DNA from: an uncultured Gammaproteobacteria bacterium
GTDB taxonomy: Bacteria; Patescibacteriota; Microgenomatia; UBA8517
Length of the DNA: 64,000 bases
Direction: 5' to 3'
Assembly (NCBI GenBank): GCA_964600575.1
Contig: CAZRJH010000002.1
Location: 124,298-188,297 of the forward strand
The notes beneath the pieces were generated by a model. That model ran no database searches and was not told where the DNA came from. It saw only the letters and a program-made list of their open reading frames with translations. How positions within the stretch are numbered: position 1 is the first letter of the stretch; each line of letters starts with the position of its first letter. A program made the position numbers and the translations under genes. This document shows, in pieces, positions 6,864 to 17,557 of this stretch.

Positions 6864-9770
6864 TTAGTGATCTTCTTTGCAAAACATTGAATATTCACAC
6901 CCCTGAAGGCAAAACATATGCCCGGAGCACTTAAAGTCGGAGTTTTCAATTGCCACTTTAGCCCTAAATATTTCTTTAACAGCGTCCTCTAGCTGCTTTT
7001 TACTCCTTGTGGTCGAAATTTTTTCCTGAGTATCCAAAAAGTACAAGGATAGTTTTACCTTGGAGGGATCTTTAACATAGGGTTTTTTGTCTGACATTGT
7101 TGCGGCAAGTGCATAAAAGCTTAACTGTAAATTCTTGTCGACCTCTCTTTGTGTTGGAATATTTGCACTTGTTTTATAATCGATTATTTCTATATTTCCG
7201 TCTCCCAAGTCATCTACCCTATCAATAGCTCCTCCAACAAGAACCTTTGCACCGGTCTCGTCTTTCAACGAAAAAGAAAATCTATCCTCCATAAGTACGG
7301 GGTGTTTTCCTTTTGTAAATCCTTGCTGCAAAAATCCGGATAAATAAATTTTCCCTTTTTCCTTAAAATCCTTTTCGTGTTTTTTGTCCAAAAACCCTCT
7401 GTTGACCCAATTTTTATCCAAAAGATCATACATCAGTTTTAAGCCAGGTGTTTGGCCGAATGATACTTCGGCGTAAAAATCTTTAATGGTTGCGTGTATT
7501 GCGGTACCAAAACTGGCAGACGCGGAAGGCGGAGACGGCAATTTTAGTAATCTGCCTAGCTTAAAATGTAGAGGGCAGGTATCAAAGGTGTCTATATCTG
7601 AGTACGATAAATAATTTATATGTAACTTTTCTTGCTCGTTAACAACCTGTGGGTTCTTGGGTTTATATTCCAAAAAAGAAAGCTGTTCATTATAAATTTT
7701 TAGTTTTTCTTTTTTAGATTCTTTTGTACCCAAAGCTTCGGAAATAAATTGCGAAAGCTTTTTTTCTCTTTTCCCTTCCCCGTAAAAGTCTGCGGCAGTC
7801 AAAAATAACTTTTCTTTGGCACGTGTCATTGCCACATAAAAAAGTCTTCTTTCTTCTTCAAGGTGAAAGTCGCCAACCGGTAGTATTTCTTTTATCAATT
7901 CATTTGGAATCGGTATCGGTTCTCTGCGTTCAGTAGAAGGAAACCTCTGAGAAACCAAGTTAACAATGAAAACAACCGGAAACTCTAAGCCTTTTGACGA
8001 ATGCACAGTGAGAATGTTAACAGCATCCACCTCGTTCCAATCAGTGTCGGCTGCCAAAGGACTTTCGCCTGAATCTATAGAGAGTTCTATATAATCAACA
8101 ATCTCCGAAACCCCGGCACTTTCGTTTAAAGCCTCATAGCCTTTCAACTTATCAAAAAATTTTGCAATGTTTCTGGATTTTTTTTCCGCATTATCCCCTT
8201 CCCCACTTAGTAAGTCTTGCAGGATGCCAGACTCTTCAAGGAAAAAGTAAAGCACCTGTCCTGCGGTTTCTTTTTTGGCTAATTCTTGGTGTTTTATTAT
8301 TAATTTGATCACTTTATTTATACTGCTCTTTGTTTTTTCTGATACTTCGCATGAATCAACATTTTCCGCAATCTGGTACAAACTTTTGTTATTTTTTCTC
8401 GAGGCGGCAGAAAGCATCGCCAGGTCACTACCCGAAATTCCAAAGTAGTCGATAGAAAGAACCCTATATAAAGAAAGTGAGTCTTCTGTGTTGTACAAAA
8501 CTTTTAAATAAGCTATCAGGTCAATTACTTCCGACTGCTTGAATAACTTTCCAGGACCTAGAAATTGGGCGGGTATCCCATTTCTTGAGAAAGATTTAAC
8601 AAACGGGTCCGCATGGGAATTGGCCCTAACGAGTACAGCAAAATCTTTATACGAATAACCGAAATTCTCTATTAGATCTAAAATTTTTGAGCTAACAAGA
8701 TCGGCTTCGTTCTCTACCCTGTCTGCATGCAGAAACTCTACATTCTCCCCTTTTTCAAAAATCTGACTTTTAAGTTTTTTATCAATCTTTTCAACAACCT
8801 CCAAGCGATCGGGATTATTAAACTGAATAAGATCGTATGATTTATCTAATATTTCCTGAGTTGATCTGTAGTTTTTGGTTAAAACTGCTATTTCTGTTTT
8901 TGGAAAAGATTTTCTAAACTGTATAACATTACTTACAGCCGCCCCTCTAAATCTATAAATGCTTTGATCATCGTCTGCCACAACTGTTATGTTTCCGTTT
9001 TTGCCCGCCAATAGTTTTACTAGTTCATTTTGAGAAAAATTAGTATCTTGAAATTCGTCCACCAATATATACTTAAACTCTTTTTTATATTCCGCGAGTA
9101 TATTTGGACGAGTTCTAAAAAGTTTTAGGGTGTTTGTAATTAAATCTCCAAAGTCAACCAAGCCTTCTTTTGTTTTTAAGTTTGCATAGTCAACATAAAG
9201 ACCCGCAAGTTCTTTGTATTTTTTTACATCAAGTTTGTCTTCTTCGGTTTTTGGTTTGAGTGTTTCTACCCAGTTGTTGTATTTATCGGGCGTAATATCC
9301 TCATCCGAAAGTCTGGAAAAATGCTTCATAACCCCTTCTATAAATTTATTAGGATTTCCCAGGGGACGAAAATAATCTAAGTTAAAATTAAACAAGTTTT
9401 TTCTCAAAAGGCGAGCTGATTCTCCCTCGGTTAAAAGTTTGTAGTCTGTTGTCAAACCAATATTAAGATTTTCTCTTCTCAAAATCTTGTCGCAGAATGC
9501 ATGGAAGGTCATTATCCACATTTGTGTATAGCCGTAAGGCATTCCTATATCGACTCTTTCTTCCATTTCTTTTGCTGCCTTTTCGGTAAAAGTTAAGGCC
9601 AAAATCTCGGAAGGTTTTGCCTTTTTAGAAAGAATCAAATATTTAATTCTTTCTGTAATAACCGTGGTCTTTCCTGTACCTGCTCCGGCAATAATCAAAA
9701 GCGGCCCCTGGCCGTGTTTTATCGCCTTTTCTTGTTCTTTGTTAATTTTTGGGATTGCGTTTCCCGTCAT
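6864..9770 (-). CDS. UvrD-family helicase fused to PD-(D/E)XK nuclease with 4-Cys Fe-S motif
   Basis: AGAGTGKT, VDEFQDTN, EEERRLFYVAMTRA; C-terminal TCP...FGTAIH...GAIDRVD...IIDYKT...QLSFYAL...CSGHMFCLQGCEYSMFC. Confidence 0.9.
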   Translation of the reverse strand: MTGNAIPKINKEQEKAIKHGQGPLLIIAGAGTGKTTVITERIKYLILSKKAKPSEILALTFTEKAAKEMEERVDIGMPYGYTQMWIMTFHAFCDKILRRENLNIGLTTDYKLLTEGESARLLRKNLFNFNLDYFRPLGNPNKFIEGVMKHFSRLSDEDITPDKYNNWVETLKPKTEEDKLDVKKYKELAGLYVDYANLKTKEGLVDFGDLITNTLKLFRTRPNILAEYKKEFKYILVDEFQDTNFSQNELVKLLAGKNGNITVVADDDQSIYRFRGAAVSNVIQFRKSFPKTEIAVLTKNYRSTQEILDKSYDLIQFNNPDRLEVVEKIDKKLKSQIFEKGENVEFLHADRVENEADLVSSKILDLIENFGYSYKDFAVLVRANSHADPFVKSFSRNGIPAQFLGPGKLFKQSEVIDLIAYLKVLYNTEDSLSLYRVLSIDYFGISGSDLAMLSAASRKNNKSLYQIAENVDSCEVSEKTKSSINKVIKLIIKHQELAKKETAGQVLYFFLEESGILQDLLSGEGDNAEKKSRNIAKFFDKLKGYEALNESAGVSEIVDYIELSIDSGESPLAADTDWNEVDAVNILTVHSSKGLEFPVVFIVNLVSQRFPSTERREPIPIPNELIKEILPVGDFHLEEERRLFYVAMTRAKEKLFLTAADFYGEGKREKKLSQFISEALGTKESKKEKLKIYNEQLSFLEYKPKNPQVVNEQEKLHINYLSYSDIDTFDTCPLHFKLGRLLKLPSPPSASASFGTAIHATIKDFYAEVSFGQTPGLKLMYDLLDKNWVNRGFLDKKHEKDFKEKGKIYLSGFLQQGFTKGKHPVLMEDRFSFSLKDETGAKVLVGGAIDRVDDLGDGNIEIIDYKTSANIPTQREVDKNLQLSFYALAATMSDKKPYVKDPSKVKLSLYFLDTQEKISTTRSKKQLEDAVKEIFRAKVAIENSDFKCSGHMFCLQGCEYSMFCKEDH

Positions 9771-9883
9771 TTCAAAGTGAATTTTAACACGACAGGAAAT
9801 AAATATTTCATTTGGTATAATTCGCGGACCAGATCCAAAAAACTTAAGCTGGCACCTATAAAAAGGATCGTTAGGAGAAAATA

Positions 9884-10321
9884 ATGTCTACTGTCGGAAC
9901 GCTTTTGAGGCTCTTCCCTGAAAAGGGTGTTTTCCATGTTACCCTTACCCATACAATCTTTGAAGCAGTAGGAGAAATGAAAAGACAAAACATTAGCTCT
10001 TTGTTGATTACAAACGACGAAGATGTCTTTGTCGGCATTCTCTCCGAAAGGGATATCGCCTGGAAGGTGGTGTTGGACAAAAAAGATCCAAACACAACCA
10101 AAGTCGGTGAAGTAATGACACCCCGTAAGGAAATTGTTTCAGTAACGACTCATACCACTTTAACAGAATGTCTTGAGCTCATGCGGGATCACAACATAAG
10201 ACACCTGCCTGTTTTAGGTGGCGACGGCGAGCCTGTCGGAATAATTTCCCTGAAAGACATCACCAGACATCTGGAAATTTTAGCGGACGATCTGCAACGA
10301 TTTATAACCGGTCATCGCTAA
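9884..10321 (+). CDS. CBS-domain pair protein
   Basis: VGILSERDI, VGEVMTP, IRHLPV, VGIISLKD. Confidence 0.9.
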   Translation: MSTVGTLLRLFPEKGVFHVTLTHTIFEAVGEMKRQNISSLLITNDEDVFVGILSERDIAWKVVLDKKDPNTTKVGEVMTPRKEIVSVTTHTTLTECLELMRDHNIRHLPVLGGDGEPVGIISLKDITRHLEILADDLQRFITGHR

Positions 10322-10327
10322 CATACT

Positions 10328-10367
10328 GTAACCAGCCTCTTTCGGCTTAAGACGAAACGCTGGTTAC
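10328..10367. terminator. Hairpin between convergent CBS and rmuC genes (likely bidirectional terminator)
   Basis: GTAACCAGC...GCTGGTTAC with inner TTTCG/CGAAA, followed by a T-run on +. Confidence 0.55.
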
Positions 10368-11347
10368 TTTTTTTCTTCTAACTCTAAATTTTGGGACGAA
10401 GAAATTTTCTGTCCTAAAGTTTTAAAGGATGACTGCACATTATTAATAGTGTTTTGGGCATTCGTCATATGTTTCTGAAGTATGAAGATTGACTCTTCAA
10501 CCTTGGAATAATCCTTTTGCATCCCTCTTAATATCTTAAATACTTCGCGTGATTTGGCTTCCAACACTTTTCCCTCAAAAGACAAAAGTAAAACCTGGAG
10601 ATGAGCATACAATGTATTTGGTGAGACCGGATAAACCCTTGCATTTCTTGCAAAGTTTGAGAGTTCGGGAATATTAACCACTTCATAATAGACCGATTCC
10701 GAAGGAATATACATTAAAGCAAAATCCATTGTTCCCTCTTCCGGCAAAATATATTTTTTACTTATATCTTCTATGTGTTTTTTGACGTCAGAGGTGAAAT
10801 CTTTTTTTGCTTTAGTTCTATCAACCTCCTTTTCTCCTTTAACCATTAAGTTAAAATTTTCCATGGGGAACTTTGAGTCAATACAGAGCAAACCCGCCTC
10901 CGTTTTTAAAACAGCATCAACTTTTACCCCAGACTTGAAACCGTACTGTAAATGAAATGAATTTTTGGGAAAAGTTTGGCCTATCATTTCTTTTAAAACT
11001 TCCTCCCCTAGCCCACCCCTTAACTTTGGAGATTGAAGAAAATCCTGGAGAGATCGTATTCCTTTGCCTATTTCGCTCATTTCACCTAAATCTCTTTGCA
11101 CTTGCGAAATAACACGAGCCGCGTTATCCAAACGCAAATTCACGGCTTCCGTATTTTTTTGAAGAGAAATTAAAAGGTCACGCCTGTCTTCGCGAGATCC
11201 TGATTGTAAAGTCTTTATAATTTCCAAGAGTTCATCTGACGGTTTTTGCTTCTCCGAAATTTCGGATATTTTTTTGCCTAGATAAAATGCAAGAAAAACT
11301 ACCGCGACAACCAATATAATTAACAAGATGGTAAGATTCATATTCAT
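10364..11347 (-). CDS. rmuC: DNA recombination protein RmuC
   Basis: N-terminal TM and coiled coil; RGGLGE, IDSKFP, ISKKYILP, FALMYIPSE. Confidence 0.88.
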   Translation of the reverse strand: MNMNLTILLIILVVAVVFLAFYLGKKISEISEKQKPSDELLEIIKTLQSGSREDRRDLLISLQKNTEAVNLRLDNAARVISQVQRDLGEMSEIGKGIRSLQDFLQSPKLRGGLGEEVLKEMIGQTFPKNSFHLQYGFKSGVKVDAVLKTEAGLLCIDSKFPMENFNLMVKGEKEVDRTKAKKDFTSDVKKHIEDISKKYILPEEGTMDFALMYIPSESVYYEVVNIPELSNFARNARVYPVSPNTLYAHLQVLLLSFEGKVLEAKSREVFKILRGMQKDYSKVEESIFILQKHMTNAQNTINNVQSSFKTLGQKISSSQNLELEEKK

Positions 11348-11364
11348 TATTAGTATATCAACCT

Positions 11365-11700
11365 ATGCGAAATCGGAGTAGGAACGAACAAATATTAAAA
11401 CGGAAGAATTTTTTACCAACTTTAGTTATTACCATATTTTTATGGATAGTACTTAGTATGTTGATTGAGTTTGTAGATCCCCAAGTCTTCGGCGCAGTTC
11501 CCATTTTTTTTATTACCTCCTTCTTTGCCTTTCTGTTTACTTTTTCGCTACTGTTCGCCTCCGGCAGGCGCGGGTTAATTTTTGCGCTATCTTCAACAAC
11601 ATATCTGTTCTTGGCGTATTTGGGAGTTGGAAACTATCTTAATCTCGTATTAATAGTTGCAATTGCAATATGTGTCGAGTTATATTTCGGCACCAAATGA
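11365..11700 (+). CDS. Hypothetical 4-TM membrane protein
   Basis: Four hydrophobic segments; ATGA overlap with next gene. Confidence 0.65.
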   Translation: MRNRSRNEQILKRKNFLPTLVITIFLWIVLSMLIEFVDPQVFGAVPIFFITSFFAFLFTFSLLFASGRRGLIFALSSTTYLFLAYLGVGNYLNLVLIVAIAICVELYFGTK

Positions 11701-12038
11701 ATAAAAGTTTAAAAAACGGTCTCTATCGCACTTTTTTTCAAATGCTTGCAGATCTTAAAAAAACCGGTGAAATCGAAAGTTTTTGGTCCGACTTTTTAGG
11801 AGAAAAAGAATTGGATGGCCTGGTAAGAAAACTGGCAACTCTTTATTGGATCAAAAAAGGCAGGGATTTTGAAAACATTAAGACTAATCTGGGAACCACA
11901 AAGACGGATTTTGAGCAGGCAAAAAAAATACTAAGTAAAAAAGGTATCAGGTTGGCAATCAAAAAGATTGAGGCCGAGGAGTGGGCAAACATTTGGGCCG
12001 AAAAGATTAAAAAGCTGGGAACTAGGCGTGGAACCTAG
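11697..12038 (+). CDS. TrpR/YerC-like helix-turn-helix protein
   Basis: FWSDFLGEKELDGLVRKLA...KKGRDFENIKTNLGTT resembles the TrpR/YerC pattern. Confidence 0.55.
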   Translation: MNKSLKNGLYRTFFQMLADLKKTGEIESFWSDFLGEKELDGLVRKLATLYWIKKGRDFENIKTNLGTTKTDFEQAKKILSKKGIRLAIKKIEAEEWANIWAEKIKKLGTRRGT

Positions 12039-12050
12039 TATAATAGGCTC

Positions 12051-13493
12051 ATGGCTTCCAAAAAGGGTTCTTATTACCTTACAACCACACTTCCGTATGT
12101 TAACGCCAAGCCTCATATAGGTTTTGCTCTGGAAATAATTCAGGCCGATGTCGTGGCAAGATACAAAACCCTAGCAGGATACGATGTCTTTTTTAACACA
12201 GGTACAGACGAGCACGGACAAAAAATATATCAAAAAGCCCTCGAGGAGGGTAAAGATCCCCAGAGATACACGGACGAGTATGCGGCAAAATTTGATATTT
12301 TAAAAGACAAGTTGAATCTTACTTACAACAATTTCATACGAACTACCGACATTCACCACAAGGAGGCCGCCAAAGAGATTTGGAATAGATGCCTTAAAAA
12401 CGGGTACATAGAAAAAGGAATTTATAAGGCTAAATACTGCGTCGGTTGCGAACTTGAAAAACAAGATTCCGAACTTACTGAAGGAAAGTGCCCTATCCAC
12501 CCCAATCTTGAAATTCAATTAATAAAAGAGGAGAACTATTTTTTCAAATTTTCTAGACTTCAAAACAAACTTCTCGAATATTATCAAAAAAACCCAAATT
12601 TCATTGTCCCTAAACACAGGCTAACGGAAATTGAAAACTTCGTTAAAGAAGGTTTGCAAGATTTTAGTATTTCGCGCTTGAAAGAAAAAATGCCTTGGGG
12701 AGTTGCGGTTCCTGGTGATGATAAACAGGTAATGTATGTTTGGTTTGACGCTCTTACAAATTATATCTCGGCACTAGGCTGGCCCGAAAATAATGAAAAA
12801 TTTGAAACTTTTTGGGGCACAAACGATAAACCTAACGCGGTTCAGGTTGCGGGTAAGGACAACCTAAGACAACAATCCTCAATGTGGCAAGCGATGTTGT
12901 TTGCGGCGGGCCTACCCCCAAGTAAACAGATATTTATTCACGGATTTATAACTTCCGGCGGACAAAAGATGAGTAAGTCGTTAGGAAATGTTATTGATCC
13001 TATTGAATATGTAGAAAAATACGGGACAGACGCGCTAAGATACTATTTGCTTGCAAAAATAAATCCCACAGAAGACAGCGATTTTACAAAAGAGAAGTTT
13101 GAGGAAGCATATAACGGTGAGCTGGCAAACGGGCTGGGAAATCTTGTTGCAAGAGTTGCAAGACTTGCAGAAATTAACAAAATTTCCAATCAAACCAATA
13201 TTGCAAAAGCACTTTCAGAAGAAGTTGAAAAAAATATCATTGAATTTAGATTTGACTTTGCAATCGAGGCCGTTTGGAAGCAAATAAAAGAACTAGATTT
13301 GATAATCAACAAAAACGAACTCTGGAAAGAAACAAACCAAAAGACCGACATTCTACGACAAGTTATAAAAGGTATAACTCAAATAGCCACAGACCTTCAG
13401 CCTTTTCTACCTAACACATCGGAGAAAATCCATAATCAATTCGGCGGTGAGAAGATAACTTCTCAGAAGCCTTTGTTCCCAAGAGTGGCATAA
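12051..13493 (+). CDS. metG: Methionine--tRNA ligase (short form)
   Basis: TTTLPYVNAKPHIG, TGTDEHGQK, CVGCE/CPIH zinc knuckle, YVWFDAL, KMSKS. Confidence 0.95.
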   Translation: MASKKGSYYLTTTLPYVNAKPHIGFALEIIQADVVARYKTLAGYDVFFNTGTDEHGQKIYQKALEEGKDPQRYTDEYAAKFDILKDKLNLTYNNFIRTTDIHHKEAAKEIWNRCLKNGYIEKGIYKAKYCVGCELEKQDSELTEGKCPIHPNLEIQLIKEENYFFKFSRLQNKLLEYYQKNPNFIVPKHRLTEIENFVKEGLQDFSISRLKEKMPWGVAVPGDDKQVMYVWFDALTNYISALGWPENNEKFETFWGTNDKPNAVQVAGKDNLRQQSSMWQAMLFAAGLPPSKQIFIHGFITSGGQKMSKSLGNVIDPIEYVEKYGTDALRYYLLAKINPTEDSDFTKEKFEEAYNGELANGLGNLVARVARLAEINKISNQTNIAKALSEEVEKNIIEFRFDFAIEAVWKQIKELDLIINKNELWKETNQKTDILRQVIKGITQIATDLQPFLPNTSEKIHNQFGGEKITSQKPLFPRVA

Positions 13494-13508
13494 CCATATA
13501 ACAACAAA

Positions 13509-14999
13509 GTGAGAGAATTTATAATAAAAAACGAAAAGGTTATCTTGAGAATTCTAGAGATTGTCCCTGGTTTTGTTTCTTGGAATTTAATACTACTTCC
13601 CTACTGGGGCATTTTTGTCTTTCCGGTTTTTGTTGCCTACTTCGTTTTATTTTTCAATGTTTATTGGTTTTACCAATCACTCCAGATTGCGGTTACCTCT
13701 ATCGTATCCCACACCAGGATTCAGGCTGCTAAAGTTTACGACTGGATGGGTGATGTCAGGGACTTTCCGGACTACAAAAAAGTTAGGCATATTGTAATAA
13801 TTCCAACCTACAAAGAGCCTCTTCATATTCTAGAAAGAACTCTAAATTCCTTAGCCGTTCAGGAGATGTCGTTAAAACAAATTGTTCCCGTGATAGCCAT
13901 GGAGGCCAATGAGCCCAAAACAGATAGAGATATAAAACTAAAAGCAATTAAAGAAAAATTTGGCGATAAATTTGGAGGCCTTTTTACAACCGTACACGAG
14001 TTAAAGCCCGGAGAGGTTGCAGGAAAAGCATCTAATGAACGTTATGCAGCAATATGGGTTAAGAAAAACTATCTGGATAAAAACAAGATCGATATAAACT
14101 ATGTAACCGTCACCAGTTGTGACGCCGACCATAGATTTCACCCTAAACATTTTGCAGCCTTAACTTTTAAATTCTTGGACAACCCAGAAAGGTACAGAAT
14201 GTTTTGGCAACCCGCGGTTATGTTTTACAACAATATTTGGGAGATACCAGCCATTACTAGAGTCCCCAACACTCTAATGACAATATTTAATCTGTCTCAA
14301 CTGCCGAGACACGATAGACTTATTAACGCTCAAAATTATTCGTTGTCATTTAAACTTTTAGACAAAGTAGATTACTGGGACCCGGATAAAATTCCCGAGG
14401 ATTGGGGAATATTTTTTAAGGCATTTTATAAAGTTGGTGGTGGGATAGAAGTTGAACCTTTATACCTCCCTCTTATGGCGGATGCGGCTCAATCAAACTC
14501 GTTCTGGAAAACATTGAAAAACCAGTATCAACAAATTCAAAGATGGGCCTGGGGAGTGAGCGATGATCCATGGATAATTAAAAGCTATCTCTTGGCAAAA
14601 GATATTCCTTTTTGGGACAAAACAACTCGACTGTTTCAGGTAATATGGGCTCATTTTTTGTGGCCTGTTTACTGGTTTATTATAACCTTGGGGCTTACAA
14701 TACCCACACTTTTGAACCCCGCTTTTGGTAGAACCGCTCTAGGCTATACCATTCCAAAACTTTCTTCTTATATTCTTACAATATCCTTAGTCTTCCTTAT
14801 TATCATGTTTGTAATAGACAACATTCAAAAACCGGAAAAACCGAAAGACTTTCCTGCATGGCGAGTAATTCTTTTACCTTTTGAATTTGTACTTATGCCT
14901 ATTGCGGGGTTTTTCTTTGCTGCATTACCGGGACTAGATGCCCACACCAGATTGATGCTCGGAAAATATATGGAGTACAAAGTTACGGAAAAAGTTTAG
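13509..14999 (+). CDS. Membrane-embedded GT2 glycosyltransferase
   Basis: IPTYKE, CDAD, IPEDW, QIQRWAWG (QxxRW), flanking TM helices. Confidence 0.85.
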   Translation: MREFIIKNEKVILRILEIVPGFVSWNLILLPYWGIFVFPVFVAYFVLFFNVYWFYQSLQIAVTSIVSHTRIQAAKVYDWMGDVRDFPDYKKVRHIVIIPTYKEPLHILERTLNSLAVQEMSLKQIVPVIAMEANEPKTDRDIKLKAIKEKFGDKFGGLFTTVHELKPGEVAGKASNERYAAIWVKKNYLDKNKIDINYVTVTSCDADHRFHPKHFAALTFKFLDNPERYRMFWQPAVMFYNNIWEIPAITRVPNTLMTIFNLSQLPRHDRLINAQNYSLSFKLLDKVDYWDPDKIPEDWGIFFKAFYKVGGGIEVEPLYLPLMADAAQSNSFWKTLKNQYQQIQRWAWGVSDDPWIIKSYLLAKDIPFWDKTTRLFQVIWAHFLWPVYWFIITLGLTIPTLLNPAFGRTALGYTIPKLSSYILTISLVFLIIMFVIDNIQKPEKPKDFPAWRVILLPFEFVLMPIAGFFFAALPGLDAHTRLMLGKYMEYKVTEKV

Positions 15000-15032
15000 T
15001 TGGAATCTATTTTATCTAATTTGTTATTAATC

Positions 15033-15980
15033 TTATTGATCTAAAGATTTGTAATATTCGACGGTCTTGGCAATGCCACTTCCAAGGTTGGTGACCGGCT
15101 CCCACTCCAAAGCTTCTTTGACTTTAGAAATATCCGGACATCTTTGTTTTGGATCGTCCTTGGGAAGATCTTTGTAGACAAACTCTGACTTTGATGCAGT
15201 TAAATCTTTTATTTTTTGAGCCAAATCAAACATTGTATATTCTTCTGGGTTACCCAGGTTAAAAATCTGACCGCCAAGATCATCCGTAAACATAACTTTA
15301 CAAATTCCGGAAACCATGTCGTCGATATAACAAAAGGACCTGGTTTGGCCGCCGTCGCCATAAATTGTAATATCTTTATCGTTTAATGCTTGATTAATAA
15401 AATTGCTAATCACCCGTCCGTCGTCTTTCTGCATCCTGGGGCCGTATGTATTAAAAATTCTTACAATTCGGGCGTCTAAGGAATACTTATTTATAAAAAC
15501 ATAAGCCGCAGCCTCGGCAAACCGTTTACTTTCGTCGTAGCAAGCACGAGGACCAAAAGAATTTACATTTCCCCAATATTCCTCTTTTTGGGGAGAGACT
15601 TTAGGGTCCCCATAAATTTCCGAGGTCGAGGCAATAAGTATTCTGGACTTATTATTTTTTGCCAAATTCAAGACATTCAGAGTACCCAATGAGTTAGCAA
15701 GAAGCGTTTCTTCCGGATTTTCATAATAACCTTTTGGAGAAGCAGGGGAAGCAAGGTGAAAAATCATATCAAAATCAAGCTCGAACGCTCGATTTTTCGG
15801 ATCAACAACATCACCTTTTACAAAAGTAAAACCTTCTTTTTGCAAAAGACCAGATATGTTTTCTTCCCTACCTGTAATCAAATTATCAAGCACGGTAACT
15901 TTGTTGCCTTCATCTACTAATTTTTGCGACAAGTGGCTGCCTATAAACCCGGCTCCGCCGGTTATAAGTATGTTTTTCAT
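15033..15980 (-). CDS. UDP-glucuronate decarboxylase (UDP-xylose synthase)-like SDR
   Basis: ITGGAGFIGSHL, HLASPASP, ASTSEIYGDP, YWGNVN..GPRACYDESKR, RIFNTYGPRM. Confidence 0.88.
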   Translation of the reverse strand: MKNILITGGAGFIGSHLSQKLVDEGNKVTVLDNLITGREENISGLLQKEGFTFVKGDVVDPKNRAFELDFDMIFHLASPASPKGYYENPEETLLANSLGTLNVLNLAKNNKSRILIASTSEIYGDPKVSPQKEEYWGNVNSFGPRACYDESKRFAEAAAYVFINKYSLDARIVRIFNTYGPRMQKDDGRVISNFINQALNDKDITIYGDGGQTRSFCYIDDMVSGICKVMFTDDLGGQIFNLGNPEEYTMFDLAQKIKDLTASKSEFVYKDLPKDDPKQRCPDISKVKEALEWEPVTNLGSGIAKTVEYYKSLDQ

Positions 15981-16034
15981 TGGCATATTATACCTCATAT
16001 TGAGTTGAATTTACCTTGTGATACACTGATTTAT

Positions 16035-17534
16035 ATGCGTTCATTTTGGAATAAACTTCACGCAATTGGTGATATTCTCCACCTCCCCGAAATTCCAAAC
16101 TGGCTTTTGGGACTTATGGTTTTGGTTATGATACTCCGCGTTCCCAGTTTTTTTGAACCAAATTACTACGGTGACGAGATGATTTATCTAACGCTTGGTC
16201 AGGGTGTCAGACAAGGAGTGACATTATATAAAGATTTGCACGACAACAAGCCTCCATTACTATATTTAACAGCGGCAGCGGCAGGAAATATTTTCTGGTT
16301 CAAAGTTATTTTGGCTTTCTGGAGTATTGTCACTATTTATTACTTTTTCAAACTTGCAGAAAAGTTGTTTAAGGGTAGGGATAAAACGGTTAAGCTTGCC
16401 ACACTTGTATTTGGCTTATTAACCACCCTTCCACTTATGGAGGGGAATACTGTGAACGCTGAGCTCTTTATGATTTTACCTTCGATAACGGCTCTTCTGA
16501 TTTTGCTTTCGGAGGGACTAAATACAAAAAAAATATTTTTTGCAGGTTTTTTATTTGGAATAGCTGCCCTTTTTAAGATTCCTGCGTTGTTTGAACTACC
16601 GGTTATCGTAGTTTACTGGTTACTAACCGACACTAAAAATTGGAAAAGAGTCCTTCTAAGTTCAATCGTTCTCGCACTAGGGTTTGCGGCGCCGATATTC
16701 CTTACAATTGTGTGGTACTTTGCTCAGGGAGCCGTGCCAGAGTACATCAAAGCAGCATTTCTACAAAATGTCGGTTATTTAAGTAGTTTTAGGCCAGACG
16801 ATATTCAAAAACCATTTTTAGTCAGAAACCTTCCTTTATTAATAAGGGCAAGTATCGTCTTTTTGGGTGTTTTGGTTTTGTTTATTAAAAGACAAAAGCT
16901 GTCAAAAAACTTTATTTTATTGACCACCTGGACACTTTTTACCCTGTTTGCGATTACCCTATCAGAAAGACCATATCCTCACTATTTTGTACAAACACTC
17001 GCACCATTTTCTTTTTTGATTGCAATGTTTTTTTCAGAAGACCGTATAGATCAGGTATTGGTTATTTTTCCGATTACCATAAGTCTTTTTGTTCCGGTTT
17101 TTTATAAGTTTTATTTTTACCCCACAACTGCTTATTACTCCAGATTTGCCAGTTTTGCATCTGGAAAGATTACAAAAGCCCAATATTTCACCGGTTTTGC
17201 TTCGACTACTAACCGAAACTACAAAATATCCGAATTTATTGTTCAGTCCAGTCACCCTAAAGACAAAATTTTTATGTGGGATCCTGACTCGGCAGCGATA
17301 TATGCCATGTCCAGAAGACTTCCGCCTACAAAATTCACAGTGCCCTATCATGTAGATGATTTTTCGTCTAAAGAGGAAGTTGCCAAACAAATAATTGCCA
17401 ACCCTCCCAAATTTATTATTCTTACAAGTCAATATCCGTATACGGAGCTTAACCTTCTTATTAGACAAAGATACCTTCTTATACAGCAAATTGACAACGC
17501 AAGCATTTATACCAGAATAGATTTGGCCAGGTAG
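16035..17534 (+). CDS. GT-C fold (ArnT/PMT-like) polyprenol-sugar glycosyltransferase
   Basis: YGDEMIY, LYKDLHDNKPPLLY, NAELF, YPHY, about 11 TM helices. Confidence 0.8.
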   Translation: MRSFWNKLHAIGDILHLPEIPNWLLGLMVLVMILRVPSFFEPNYYGDEMIYLTLGQGVRQGVTLYKDLHDNKPPLLYLTAAAAGNIFWFKVILAFWSIVTIYYFFKLAEKLFKGRDKTVKLATLVFGLLTTLPLMEGNTVNAELFMILPSITALLILLSEGLNTKKIFFAGFLFGIAALFKIPALFELPVIVVYWLLTDTKNWKRVLLSSIVLALGFAAPIFLTIVWYFAQGAVPEYIKAAFLQNVGYLSSFRPDDIQKPFLVRNLPLLIRASIVFLGVLVLFIKRQKLSKNFILLTTWTLFTLFAITLSERPYPHYFVQTLAPFSFLIAMFFSEDRIDQVLVIFPITISLFVPVFYKFYFYPTTAYYSRFASFASGKITKAQYFTGFASTTNRNYKISEFIVQSSHPKDKIFMWDPDSAAIYAMSRRLPPTKFTVPYHVDDFSSKEEVAKQIIANPPKFIILTSQYPYTELNLLIRQRYLLIQQIDNASIYTRIDLAR

Positions 17535-17557
17535 ATCCAATTGTAGTAAAATCGACT

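Noticed and set aside
15924-16034. N-terminal extension of the GT-C ORF
   Set aside because: Overlaps the divergent epimerase start; ATG 16035 has its own extended -10
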